From Podarcis filfolensis (taxonomy: Eukaryota): DNA of 64,000 nucleotides. The notes below the pieces were generated by a model that was not told the origin of the DNA, did not search any database, and saw nothing but the letters and a program-made list of their open reading frames with translations. Numbering within the stretch: the first letter of the stretch is position 1; every line of letters begins with the position of its first letter. The stretch lies in the NCBI GenBank assembly GCA_964270895.1, contig OZ185440.1; one strand, written 5' to 3'. Made by a program: the position numbers and the translations under genes. Shown in pieces: positions 51,101-63,749 of the stretch.

Positions 51101-51817
51101 CATTTTGAGTAATTTTGTGAACTGTGATGTTAAAATTTAAGTTCTTAAAAGTTTCAATTTCAGGTATATCAAAATCTCACTTTGCATGCCTTTTCCTTTA
51201 CCAGTTCCTTCAGGCTGATCCTTAGGCATGTTCAACTGATATAGTTGGCAAGCCAACTCGTCTATTTTGCACCATTGTTCAGTGTATGTCAGTTTTTATA
51301 AGTTTGAGCTTTGAGAAGCTGCGTTCACCACTTGCCACTGACACTGGAAATGTGAGAAGGATCCCTAGAGCAATAGAAACGTTAGGCACATTACCCAGCA
51401 GTTTTTGTTTTGGTGGTATGGACTTTGGATTCTTTGAGTTATAAGTTCACACTCACAGACTTTCAGCATCAATATCGTTGTTTCCATTGTGCATCAATGA
51501 TTTTTTGAAATTCTTGCAGGCCTTAAGTACATCTTCAATAGATTTTTTTTGTTGATACTGTATATATCATAGCCAAAATGGGAATTCCATTGTTGTAGCT
51601 GGCGGAATCTCTCTTCAACAGCTTGTGTGGCCATGTCTAAGCCAGAGTAGAAACCTACCGTACTTTGAATTTCTGCTTTGCATCTTGTGGCGCCTCTTCT
51701 TGGACCTCATACACAAACTGCTGTTTCTTTCTCCTTTTTCTAGCTTGTTCTGTCTCAAAGTTTGGTAGCATCTCCACCTATTTTGCAATCTTATAAGATA
51801 GAACAAAAACTAATCTA

Positions 51818-52240
51818 CCGTATTTTTCTTCCTATAAGGCGCACTGGCCCATAGGACGCACCTAGTTTTTTGGGGGGGGAATTAAAAAAAAATTATTTCC
51901 CCCCTCACCAGCTGCGGGGCTGGCTGCCGCCCGAACAGGCTGCCGCCCGCAAGGCTTGCGGACATCTGCCCAAAGCACGGGGCGTGCTCCTCAGCGCATC
52001 CCATGCTTTGGGCTGCAGGCTGCCGCCCCAAGCCTTGGGCGCCCGGTGGGCACTCCCGCCGGGCTCCCAAGGCTTGCGGATAGCTTCCTGAAGCCTGGAG
52101 AGTGAGAGGGGTCGGTGCGCACCGACGCCTCTCGCTCACCAGGCTTCAGCGAAAGCCTGCATTCGCCCCATAGGACGCACACACATTTCCCCTTCATTTT
52201 TGGAGGGGAAAAAGTGCATCCCAAAGGGCGAAAAATACGG
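51818..52240. mobile_element. Tc1/mariner Tc2-type (Kanga/MER104-like) non-autonomous element
   Basis: TA|ccgtatttttc ... gaaaaatacgg|TA; internal ataggacgcac repeats; GC-rich interior accounts for ORFs 51870-52269. Confidence 0.85.
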
Positions 52241-53298
52241 TATATGAAATTGTGCCCCTGATAGGTCAATGCTGTGACCCTCTAAGATCTGCACCCTAGG
52301 TGACTATGTAATTGGCCCAATGATAGCACTAGCCCTGCCTGGGCCCAGTGTCATCTAGGGCCCCTGCTGGCATTCCAGAGAAACCCAGGCTGCTTCTTGT
52401 CCTTTTGCACCCAACCCATGTCTATTTTTTATGATAATGTTGTTCAGGGGCTTGAGTCTCTGACCTAATCTGCTTCCTCCTGGTTTGAACAATTACATTA
52501 AAAAACTATGGGAACTGGTAATTTTCGTACCTGTTTAGTTGAGCCCACTAACAGTTTTATAAAGAACATATATTATAAGTGATATTATAATGCAACATTT
52601 TATTTTCAAGCAATATCTCTTTTTCTGCTGCCTTGATTCCATACAAATAAATGTAAGTTCTGAATTGGGAAAAATATCTGCTTTGCTATGATGATTCTGC
52701 TTCTGCCTAAAACTTCACAATGCTACTGTCTAAGCTCCATCAGACTGTGAGAAGTGGACATTTATGGACTTAAGGGGGCAAATAGGCTTTCAGTCAGCTC
52801 ACAAGGCAGCTTACCTGAGTGCAACTGCTTGAGGTGTCCTCAGGCCAAGAATCTGTGGGAGTGAGGGTTACCTTTTGTAAAAGCTGATGAACCTAGATCA
52901 TTTTTTGTGTCATTTTGGTCAAACACAGGAGAAGCATTACTGCGGGCAGATAACTCCATTATGATATTTATTTATTTACATTCATTAATTAAGAATATTT
53001 CTAAACAACTTTTTGGCTCTAAACAAGGCAGTTTAAACACACAGAGAAAAAATAAAATTATTAAACACGTTTTAGCAAAGATTAAGAGCAAAGATCAGAT
53101 ACATAGAGAACAGAGAAATTAAATACTATATTCAAACTGAACACAATTAAAGGCCTTATGAAATACAGTAGAAACATTTTACTGCCCACTTAAAAACCAC
53201 CAGGGATGGGGCTAATCTAAATTTCCTTTGGGACTGGGGTGCTGATAGAGAGGAGACCCTATCTCAAGTTCCAGTCAACTGCACCACTTGCTTTAGAT

Positions 53299-53433
53299 CA
53301 AGGATGGGATACCTGTTGCTCTCTAGATTTTGTTGGATTCCAACTCTCATCCACCCCAGCCATCAGGGCCAATGGTTAGAGGTGATGGGAACTGTAGGGC
53401 AACATATGGGCAGCCATAGGTTCCCCATCCCTG
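53299..53433. mobile_element. hAT-Charlie MITE
   Basis: caaggatgggatacct / aggttccccatccctg; TSD ctttagat/atttagat (7/8). Confidence 0.8.
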
Positions 53434-56400
53434 ATTTAGATGGAGAAGGATCTATAAATATATAAGAATATATCTGCAGAAGCGACACATACTGGGGGTT
53501 CCAATTAGGCATTTGTGTATCTGGATCACTTCAGATTTTGAGGAGTTAGTACAAGTTCAGTTCATAATAAACTCCAAGAGTAGTTTATAAAACAGGACCT
53601 GGCTAGATGGGCTTAATTGGAAACTGGAGAAAACATGCTATTTGGGTTCTGATCTGAATCTAGCTTGCCATTAAGCAGTTTTAGGCAAAGGATGGAGAGG
53701 TTCCCAATCTGTTTCTAGTTCAAAGGGTTCAGGAAATATCAGCAGGCATTACTCTCTGTCACCTCCGTTGGCAGGGAGATTAACAGTCTTGGCCAGGGTT
53801 CACGTGAGCAACTGGTGTAAACTGATATCCCCAATTGGAGTTCAGCACTGCGTCAGCCTCATACTCATGAGCATCTCTTGTCTAGATTCCCCTGCCTCTC
53901 TTGAACACGGATTCTTATTTGGCCTAGGCTCTAACAGGGCACTCTGTTGTTCGCCATTGTTAAGCTCCAGGCAGCAGCCTTTATCACAGCCCCACCCTGG
54001 GGGAATTACTTCCAGATATAATATCCCCAGGCTGTGGCTCTAAGCCTGTCACCTGCTATTGTCCCACAAATTGATAACACACACTCACAGGTTCTAGTTA
54101 CAGCTTTCAGAAGCATCCACCTACAGTATGTGCTGGGAGTAGAGCTGTCACGAAACCATTAGCACCTATGCCTGGAGGGCAACTACCCTTTTTCACATCA
54201 GCGATGCTACAGCCTTTTTACCTTGTCTGGCTACATGCAGCAGAAACACAAGGGGAGCTGTCGAGCTCTCATAGTGCACCAGCAAAAAGGCACAGCTGTG
54301 TAAGCTGGTCTTGTTCTCTGTGCAACCGGAAGAAGTGCTAGCAAAATTTTCACATGGCATTTATTGTATGGTTTTATGTATAACTGTTGGAAACCGTTCT
54401 GATATTTTTAATGAATAGCGTGGTATAAATATTTTAATAAATAAACAAACGGCTTTCTCTTTATCCAGACAGGTTAGCTAGGGCATTACTTATCTGATCT
54501 CAGAGGGCAATTCCCAGTTGTTAGCCTGTTTCAGCATGTAGAAATATAAATGCACTAACAAACATCTAAAATGTATTTATCTCAAGTGGCTCCATTCCAT
54601 ATTAATGTTTAATTTTAGTTCATGCAACAGCCTTCAGCAGACATCCTGGTGGATGGGAGATGGGGGCATTGTTTCCTACTTGTTAACAGCAATTAAAACC
54701 CTGGCTATTCAAACTAGGACTCTTTGGGGCATAAATGGATTATTTCTATCAAACAAATTGGTGAGCACTACTGTGGCTCCCATTCTTGACTTACTCATAT
54801 GCTTACTCTTTTCTGCATGGGGCTTTGATTGAACAAATGTGGAGCTGATGTGGAAGATCCTGCCATGGATTTCAGAACCATCTTCTCTCTCTTAGATTGA
54901 TGCCCTGGTCTGCTAGGTATGGCAGTTATGCCGTAGGTAGTTTACATATTTCATTTCTGACCCTCTCCAAGAATGGCTATACCACAATTTCCCTTTAGTT
55001 TCCTCAATCTCAGATAAGCTGCATTTATGCCACATCCAGCAAAATACTTGGTTTACTGTTCGTTATTAGTGCTTCATATACCTGCAGTTATTTCAATAAT
55101 TGATTTTAGGTATCTCCTGTTAAGAAGCACCCAAGTTTCTTATATAACCTGTATTATAAAAATGGCTGGCCTTCTCCAAACGGTTGCCTAAATATATATC
55201 CCTTCTGCGCCAGCAGCCACAGATGAATTCTTTTTCCTCAGTATCTGCTGCCGTCACACCTCCCCTTGCAAATTGTAGCTGCAAGTACTTTGATAACTGG
55301 ATTAAGGAGAGCCTTGCTTGCTCACACTGCGGCTCCTTGGCTTTTGTGTCCTCTGTGGAAATGCTAATTCAAACATTTCTACAGCAGCTCTCCCAAAGTC
55401 TCTGACAGCAGACTGATGTCAGGGGATGCTTAGCCTTCTTCCTCCTTCTATTTCTCGTCCCATTTAATAAAAGAACAACAACGAGCAGTATACAGTACTG
55501 TGGTGCATCAGCAGTCCTCTCTGGTGCCCACAGAAATAGGTTCTGCAGGGAAAATATGTGACAGCTAAAAGCTAAGGAAACATAGGGGTTAGCGCAGGTT
55601 TCTTCACAAGCAAGCACAGGAGGTTTCTGACACTGTTGATTAACAATGTGAATTTCAGTGTTGGCAGTGCACAAGCAGGGAATGAGTTGGACCAATTATC
55701 TACATCCAGCCTGAACTGTGGTCTGAGTGGGACTGGTGAGCTTGGGAAGGCGGTATGGCCTGTGAAGGGGGCATGGCCTAGGGAGAGTCCCAAGGGCCAC
55801 ACAGCTTGAGGTTCCTAACCCTTGTTTGATATGGTGCAAAGTTTGAGGAAAATAAGCATCTTAAACCTCAATGCCCCTACAGCTTGGAGCATGGCTCAGG
55901 AAGTTTTGCACAAGGGATTAAAAGCAGAAGTGATGTGCAGATAGCTAGGTTGTGAATAATCTTATTATTTTGGGAATAATATGATCTACTGAGGTCGGGC
56001 GGTAACTGTAAGGCTGAACTGTGCTCAGGCATGATGGTGCCTTCCTTTTCTAAACTGGGCTCACTTTTTTCTGCAAGCACCTGCCACGGCTGGTCAAGCC
56101 ATGATCAGATCCTCTTCAGCAGCTTTCCCTTGGCCTTGCTTCCTCAAAATGAAGCAGTGATTAATAGGTTGCTAGTACTGATGAAACTGCTCAGAGAGCC
56201 AGGATGGATTTAATCGTAAAAGGATTCTGAATCGCTGGCACTTGGATTCTGTTGTACGTTAAGGGTAGCTATTGATTTACTACACTTGGGGGCAGATGGC
56301 AAGGGAATAATTTCTTTTTCTGAAAGAGACAGATGTGAATAGACCAAGAGGCAGTGAAACTATTTGCAATCTGAACTGAATTCCAGCCTATTGCACATAG

Positions 56401-56746
56401 TCCCCCTACCCCCTGTGGAACAGTGATTGTTGGCCCTTGATGTTCTTTAGCTCATTCTTAACAGCAATCTAGTTCCATGTGTCGTAACACCCTGCTTGCC
56501 CACAATGTTGGCACCTTTTCTCATATTAGGAATGGGGAGCCTGTGGTCCTCCAGATGTTGTAGAGCTCAACTCCCATGAGCCTCAGCCAGCATGCCCAAT
56601 GGTCAGTGATGCCTTTTTAAATTAAGAAATGGGGGGGCATTGATAGCTGTTGATAATGTTACTGCTTTAAGGATGATTGCATTACTGTAAAGATGTAGAT
56701 ACAGGTAACAGATAATAGGCAAAAATAGTGTTAGGGCTCTCTAGGT

Positions 56747-56882
56747 CAGGCTTCCTCAACCTCTGCCCTCCAGATGTGTTGAGACTACAATTCCCAGCAT
56801 CCCTGACCACTGGTCCTGTTAGCTAGGGATCATGGGAGTTGTAGGCCAAAAACTTCTGGAGGGCTGAGGTTGAGGAAGCCTG
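56747..56882. mobile_element. Young hAT-Charlie MITE
   Basis: 17-bp perfect TIR caggcttcctcaacctc; perfect 8-bp TSD ctctaggt (56739-56746 / 56883-56890). Confidence 0.92.
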
Positions 56883-57156
56883 CTCTAGGTACATAGATAA
56901 AATTGTAGAAAATAACACCCTATTGCCAAAAAGAACAGTTTCAAGTACACAAAAAGCAGAGTTCCTGACTGAAACATATAGTCATTGAAAAGCATTTAAA
57001 TAAAATTTAATAGACATGATACCCAGGACATAAAAATCATACATGTTCAAAGACAGAATTGGGAACTATGGTCTTGCCAGTTTCCTGAAAGCAGGTGCAG
57101 GTACCCTGCGTGCATATAGCCATAGACCCGCCCCCCTTCTCATCTTTTGCTAGATG

Positions 57157-57567
57157 TGGGGCTGGGCGATATCTGGTTTTTAATATTGTGAGATATCACC
57201 AACTAAACATTGTGATACCAATATATCACAATGTCTGAAATAAGGATAGAGCTAGGTAGAGGCATTGGTTGGCTTCATGGTTTTTCCTGCACTGTGATTT
57301 TTGCCAGCGCCTGTGCTTGCAATTCACTGCCCCCTGCAGGAGGCAGGGGAAAGCTGAGCTGGCAGAGTTAATGGGGCTGCAGGAATTGAGAGAAACACTG
57401 GCTGGCTTCACAGATTTTCCCACATTGTGATTTCTGCATAACGCGCGCGCACACACACACACACCATGATTTACGATATATTACCAGGTCAAAAAATATG
57501 AAACCGATATCACGATATGGACTTCAAACTAGTTTTGGATGGTATGTTGATATATCACCCAGCCCTA
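57157..57567. mobile_element. hAT non-autonomous element
   Basis: TIR t(g)gggctgggcgatat / atatcacccagcccta; perfect 8-bp TSD gctagatg (57149-57156 / 57568-57575); subterminal GATAT repeats. Confidence 0.9.
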
Positions 57568-60500
57568 GCTAGATGCACAGCATTCAAAGGATGGGACCAG
57601 TAACACATACATTGAAGCATAGCCAGCCATCATGATCCTCATCTCTCTACATGGGCTTAGTCTGCACATCCAATTCAAGTGCTAGATTGTGCTTCGGGTA
57701 AGAAAAGGAGGACAAGATTCTGTACTTTTAGTAGGTTTATACAGTACAGGGGAATTTCAACAGGTGCAGCTTTTCACATCTGCATGACAAAAGAGGACTT
57801 GACAAAACGCTCTCTGCAATTCCTTCTTTTACACCCGATTTAGCTTTCTTCTTTTTTTTGCCCAAGGACCACACTGAGAATTGGCCTACCCTCCAGGGCT
57901 GTATACCAGAGGTGGGCATGGGGAAAATGGCCAACACACCAATCAGCACATCAGAGAAAATGCACTCTCCAATTAAATAAGAGATTTTGAAATGAGAGGG
58001 ACTTGCAGAAACACAGCCTCAACTCGTCATTGCCTGCACTTTGCCCAGCCTCCCTCGCCAATGCCAAGTGGATGCAAAATGCAAGCATGATAGCCTGGCA
58101 GGGTTTTTGCGTTCAGTGACACAAATAGCTCTACATGCCACAAATCTCCAGAACTGGACCCTGTCTATATTAACAGCAGGGCTGGGATCTTGGGAAAGTA
58201 GCAAGTCCCTTTTCCCGGCCTTACAAACAGCATCTTCCACAAAGCTCCTTGCAGCTTGCCAGAAAAATTGAGCCCTTCATGTCAGAGACCATGCCCTTTC
58301 CCTGGAAAGAGTTCCGGAGGATGCCTGAAGGGCTGGAAATTAGCAAACAAAAGGTGGATTGTTTTGGTGGAATGAAGCTGGGTTTCTGATGCCACCTGCA
58401 CAATGACACAGCCTTTCACAACGATTTGCTTTCTGAGCAAGCAACTGCAGAGGGCCCAATTATTCTGTGATTCTAATTAAGGACACAAATAGCGTAGCGT
58501 CTGCATTTTCCCAGGAAGTGGGGAAGGGTATCTGAAACAGGCAACTAGCTGAGTGCATCTCTTGTTTGAAGGTGGAAGGGACTATGGGAAGCACAGAGCA
58601 AACGGCCAAAAGCTTCCAGCTGCTTCTACAATATGGCACAACAACAGGCCACAGAGGACTCAAGAAAGCAGACATGAGATGGGATGGGAAGGTCCCATTA
58701 TGGCATATCCAGCACCAGTCCTGCCTTGAAGCACAGTGAAACCACCTACTTCAGGCAACATATTGAGATGAAGGCAGGAATTGGTTTCTGAATGGTGCAG
58801 CAAACCTTTAACAGAGATGGCCTTAGGGGTGTGTGCATGTGCACCATTTCGGATTTTCATCAGGCAGCAAAAAGTCTTGAGCCAATGTGTAATGTTGCTT
58901 TGGTCCCTGTGTAGATGGCAGTAGCATAGTTGTACCAGTGACTGAGCCAGTCTGCCATTTAAATTCCCTACTTTGGCTCTGGGTTAGAGCTGTGAGGTTG
59001 TACGGCATCCTATCACAATATAATTAATTGCACACGAACATGAAGTGGGTGCAAAATTTGCTCACATGTGAAGAAGAGAACTTGTGCAAAGAAGGAATAG
59101 GCCCAAACTAAACATGGCATGGAATATTATGCATATTTATCCTGATTGTTACAAGAAGGAGAATTTGCCCCTCCGGTATATTTTCTTCCATTAGTGGAAA
59201 AGCAGCTTGCGCAACCATTTTGAGCAGATAAAAATGTTGTGCCAGGAGTGGGGATTCTGCCATTCCTCCCTTGAACTCATAGAATCTCGTACCCATTTCT
59301 GATTTTAAAAAAATGTTGGGAGAAAGATATACAAGGACTGCAATCCTATGCCCATTTACCTGGGAGTACTTAAGGAAGCTTACTTTTAAGTCAAAAAATA
59401 TAGATTGTACTGTATGAGTCTATTTATTTCCTCTGTTCCCTTCTGCTAGCTAGTGAAAGTCAACTGAACTGCAGGAGAAAAAGCTTTGCATACTGAGAAA
59501 TTGATGGAAATGTTACAATTGCAGTGTTGTTTATGGTGATTGGAGAGGAACAGCAATGAAGCATAACACAGCTATTTTTAAAACCTGTTTCACACACAAC
59601 ATTTGGGCTTGGACCTGAAAAAGCCAAGTGTGAATGAGCATGTAGCCACATGCTGTTAGATTTGCAGAGTCATCTCTCAAAAATGGCTCTTAACAGAGTA
59701 AGACTGCTTTCATTACCACATCTGTATGGCACCTGAATAATGGGGCTCTTATCTAAGCCAGTAGTTTACAGATGTTACGTTTGGCTGCATGGTAATGTCA
59801 GATCCTCCTGTCAGATTTGTCCCAAAGGTGCTGGTTTTACACATGTAGAAATTATCCATATCTGAAAAGCAAACCAGCATGCTCAGATAAAAAGCTTGTC
59901 TATGAAAAGCCAGGTAGCAATAACAACAGCAGCAGCAGCAATAATTCTCATTATTTTTTAAACCGTTTAACCATGGGGAAGCATAACTCTCTCGTTCTCT
60001 CATACTGGTTAATTCATCTGTAACTTAAACTGGCACAAGGGATTCAGTCTAGCGTATGCACATACAGCAGTTATACCAATACCTGTTTTGTGCAATTCTC
60101 TACTGTACCAGAGGAAGCTTCCCCCACCCCCACCCCCATTGTCTGAAAAGTAGAGCTTTGTATTATTCCTTCCATGGGGTATATTCTTATCTCCTGCCTG
60201 GCCCCAGTGGATAAAAACTTTACCTGTAGGCAAGGTTGGCCTATCTCAAAATGGGAAATCCGGTGAGAGAGCTTCTCTTTGAGATCTTCAGGATGCTTTT
60301 GATGAAAAAAGGGAAGGAACCATATGCCAGAGAAATGAAGGAAAGAAAAAAGAAACATCAGAAGCAACAAAAGGATTTTTAGTTTAGCAAGGTGCAGAAG
60401 GAATGGAAGGCAGAGATGAGCCATCAAAGGTAAAGCCATTTCTCACGTCTATTCCTAGCCTGTGAGTGAATTATTGTCTGTCTGTGCCTACACTCCCTCT

Positions 60501-63379
60501 CCTGCTGAAATGGGGAATCAAGAAGCCAGATGAAGGGTGCTGAAGACAGAGAGCCCTACTGTGCTTCATTAGGAAGTCAAATGTGCTCTTTAGAAGAAAG
60601 ATGAGAGGCTGCCTGAGACAGGGAGAAAGCCACAAGGGACCTGGTTTACGTTCTCAGAGCAACTTGATCCTAGCTCTCCTGAACAACAGAACAACCCTCC
60701 TTAGGCAAACGGAATCATTACTGCAACTGCTTCTAAGGACTGGCCTGTTGGCAGCTCTAACAGCTTCTAAGGATGTGCCCGTTAGTAGCTTTAGATTTCC
60801 TCTAATCTCTTATTATCTAGTTGTACAGAAGCACCACTAAGGACATTGGCTTCCTCAAGGAAAGCACCATTCTCCCATAGACCCCAGCCGTGACATTCCA
60901 GATTAGTCTTCCCATTTGTGCAACACAGCTAAATCAATGGGGACACAAGATCTGGGCTTTTTAAATTCAAGCATGCAAGTTGTTTTTCTGCTTCAGATGT
61001 TGTTTAACATTAAGAAAAATCACTTGGGTCAAAGCTATGTTAACCATCGGGAGATTACATTTCTTGACACTGTCTGGCATTGTGAATGGTCTTGCATGTC
61101 TCCATTATGTGTTGAGATTGTGGCTCACCACTAACTTCTAGCCTATGACACATTGTGGAGGGTTTTCAAAAAAGCAATGGCCATACATCTGGAGCATTCA
61201 CAAGACTGAACACCATGTCCAACATTCAAGCTGTGACCTACATGTTAAAAAGGTTGTATGAACTAGCCCTTGTGGCTTCTCTCTGTCCCAGTGGCACATT
61301 TTGGAAACTGGGCCAATACAACTTTCTTATCTTACATAATGTTGCAAAGAGATGCTGAGCTTTGTGGAAAGTTATGCACTGCATGCAGATTCCCTCCCCA
61401 CTTTCCTTAAATAATTCCTGTTTGCTGCACTGGGCCTTTTATGGGAGGGGATAAATTTTCTGTGGTGGAGAAGGCTTGGTTGTGGGAAAGCCGGGTATAG
61501 ATATTCACTTGGCTATGATGCTGATTTGGTGGACTTTGGCAAGACACTTGAAAGAAAGCAGTGAGAACAAGGAACAAGGACAGAAGGGGTAGGGGGATAC
61601 AGTAGGCAGAAACAGCTAAGTACAAAATAAGACAAAAACATTGCAGATTTCCAGAGAAATGTTTCATCCAAGTTCAGCATAGGCCTTTGATTTTTTTTGT
61701 ACAATAGCTTGGGTTGCACTGTGGAGTGGAGAGTATAATCCACTTGTCACTGAACAGATTTTAACAAGTACAGGCATTCCCTGCATAGACAGCAAGTCAC
61801 ATTTTAGCTTTGGTACAAGTCTCACAAGTTCTCTAGCATTTTATCCCATCTACATATAATGGAAGCTTATGGGGAGAGAGTGGGGAGAGACAGGCAATCC
61901 AGGGCAGAATACATTCAGAGGATAGCTGTACTGCTCTTTGCCTCTATTTTTTTAAAAAAAAAAAACCCAAACCACTTTCTCTTCACCTGGACATGGAAAT
62001 TAAAATTGACTAGTCCCCCTGCTATATTATGAAGTGCCTAGTGCCTACTAAATCAGGTAGGCACTTCATAACATTGGCTATATACAGGAAGAAGAATGCC
62101 TTTGCTCACTTGTTACAAAGCAGTAACTCAAGTACCAACAGTTGACAAAATTGCAGGGCACCACTGAGAGAGCTGGATAGATGGCTTTACTCGAGCTTGT
62201 TGCTTTTTTAAATGACTGGATTGAGCACTCATGCACATGATTTGTACAGCTGAGGGGCACACAGCCTCTAATGCTTCTTTTTTAAAAGACCCAAAAATTT
62301 GGGGCAGAGGAGTTGTATCACACACTAGCGATGGCACAAGCACTATTCAGGTAGGGGCATGTGGTGCTCACTTAGCCATATTCCACAAAGTACCCATAAC
62401 AGCAATGGATGGCATACTGGCTAGAGGAAGAAACGTACTTTTTTAAAGGAGCAAAATACTGCAAATCACTAAAAATTGGGTATTTAGGGGCCATCTGGTT
62501 ACCAGCTACCAGAACTTGCAATACAGAGCGGAAATTTTCTTCAGCCTATTACCGCACCACTTTAAAATCACTCTAGTCCTCCAGGGACAGCAGTTACTGT
62601 CACATCTTCTCACACATGCAAAAACTTCCCTCCCTCTAGGAGTTGTTGTTTGTTTAATTGGTTAGCATAGACGAATGTCAGTGAACTGACATTGCTGCTG
62701 TGATGAGGCTGCAGTAGGTGCACCTGGTAGATTGCTTCATCTGGAGAGCACTTTTTAAGAGGCACTTTACCTAGGGCAGGTAGGGGGATCCAACTGTGGC
62801 CCTACTTCCAAGTCTACTGCAAGTCAGTCCTCCAGTCCAAATGACAAGCGCACATCCCACTTGAGCCTGGATTCCTGCAGGAAAATCTTATAAGAGCTGC
62901 TGATACTCTTAGAGCAGGAAAAGAAACGTAGAAAACATCCCAGAAATAGCCTCCGTAAGTAGATGCTGCTTCTGCAGTGGTCTACAAGAATGGTATACTG
63001 TATCTTGTAAAGTTACCTAATTGCACAAGCAAACCCAAAGACTTTGCTAGGCTAGGGAGACCATGTTGTTAGGGTAGTCCATGAAAATGCATGGGTGGTC
63101 ATCTCTCCAATGTTAGGGTTCCACTTTAGATGACTTCATCGATCATCCTTTTTGGCATTACCAAGGAGTCTGTGATGCATTAGTGCAGCTGGGTAATTTT
63201 AGCTTGGCCTTCATTGTCTTATGGGGGAAGGGTGTTCTTTCAATGGTCATTTGTATTACTTCACTTCAGAAGTGAAGTTAAACTATGCAACTCGCTCCTC
63301 CCACAAGGTGCAGCAATGCCACCAATTGGGATGGCTCTGAGGGGCTTTGAGAGCGAGACACATCAGTTCCCAGGATCCT

Positions 63380-63545
63380 TACGTATACTTGGCCATAATG
63401 TCTATGCCTTCAGGCAGTTTGCCTCTTGATACCATTTGCTGGGAACCCCAAGGGGGGAGAATGCTGTTGAGGACAGGACAGGTCACTGGAAGACATGGGC
63501 CTTTGGCTGGATCCAGCAGGGCTTTTCTTACGTTTTTCTTAACGT
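63380..63545 (-). mobile_element. CR1 3'-region-derived repeat fragment
   Basis: Minus strand aacgtaagaaaagccctgctggatccagccaaaggcccatg, related to 4572-4672. Confidence 0.5.
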
Positions 63546-63749
63546 GAGGCAGCCCTGTGGCACCCGAGGGCCCTCTGTTCCTTCCGCTGCGTGGTGGGAC
63601 AGACTTCCTAAGTAGGTCTTCCATCCCAAAGTCCTGCCCTGAGGGACAACAGAATGGCTGGAGCATGCACAGACCTCAGATTGTCCAGGAGACGTCTCCT
63701 CTCCTCGGGAAGGCCTCGATATTTACCGTCTTCCGGCCTGCTGCGCACA

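Noticed and set aside
51870-52269. GC-rich ORFs and apparent small CpG island
   Set aside because: Wholly inside the TA-flanked Tc2-type element; CpG richness reflects young insertion age.
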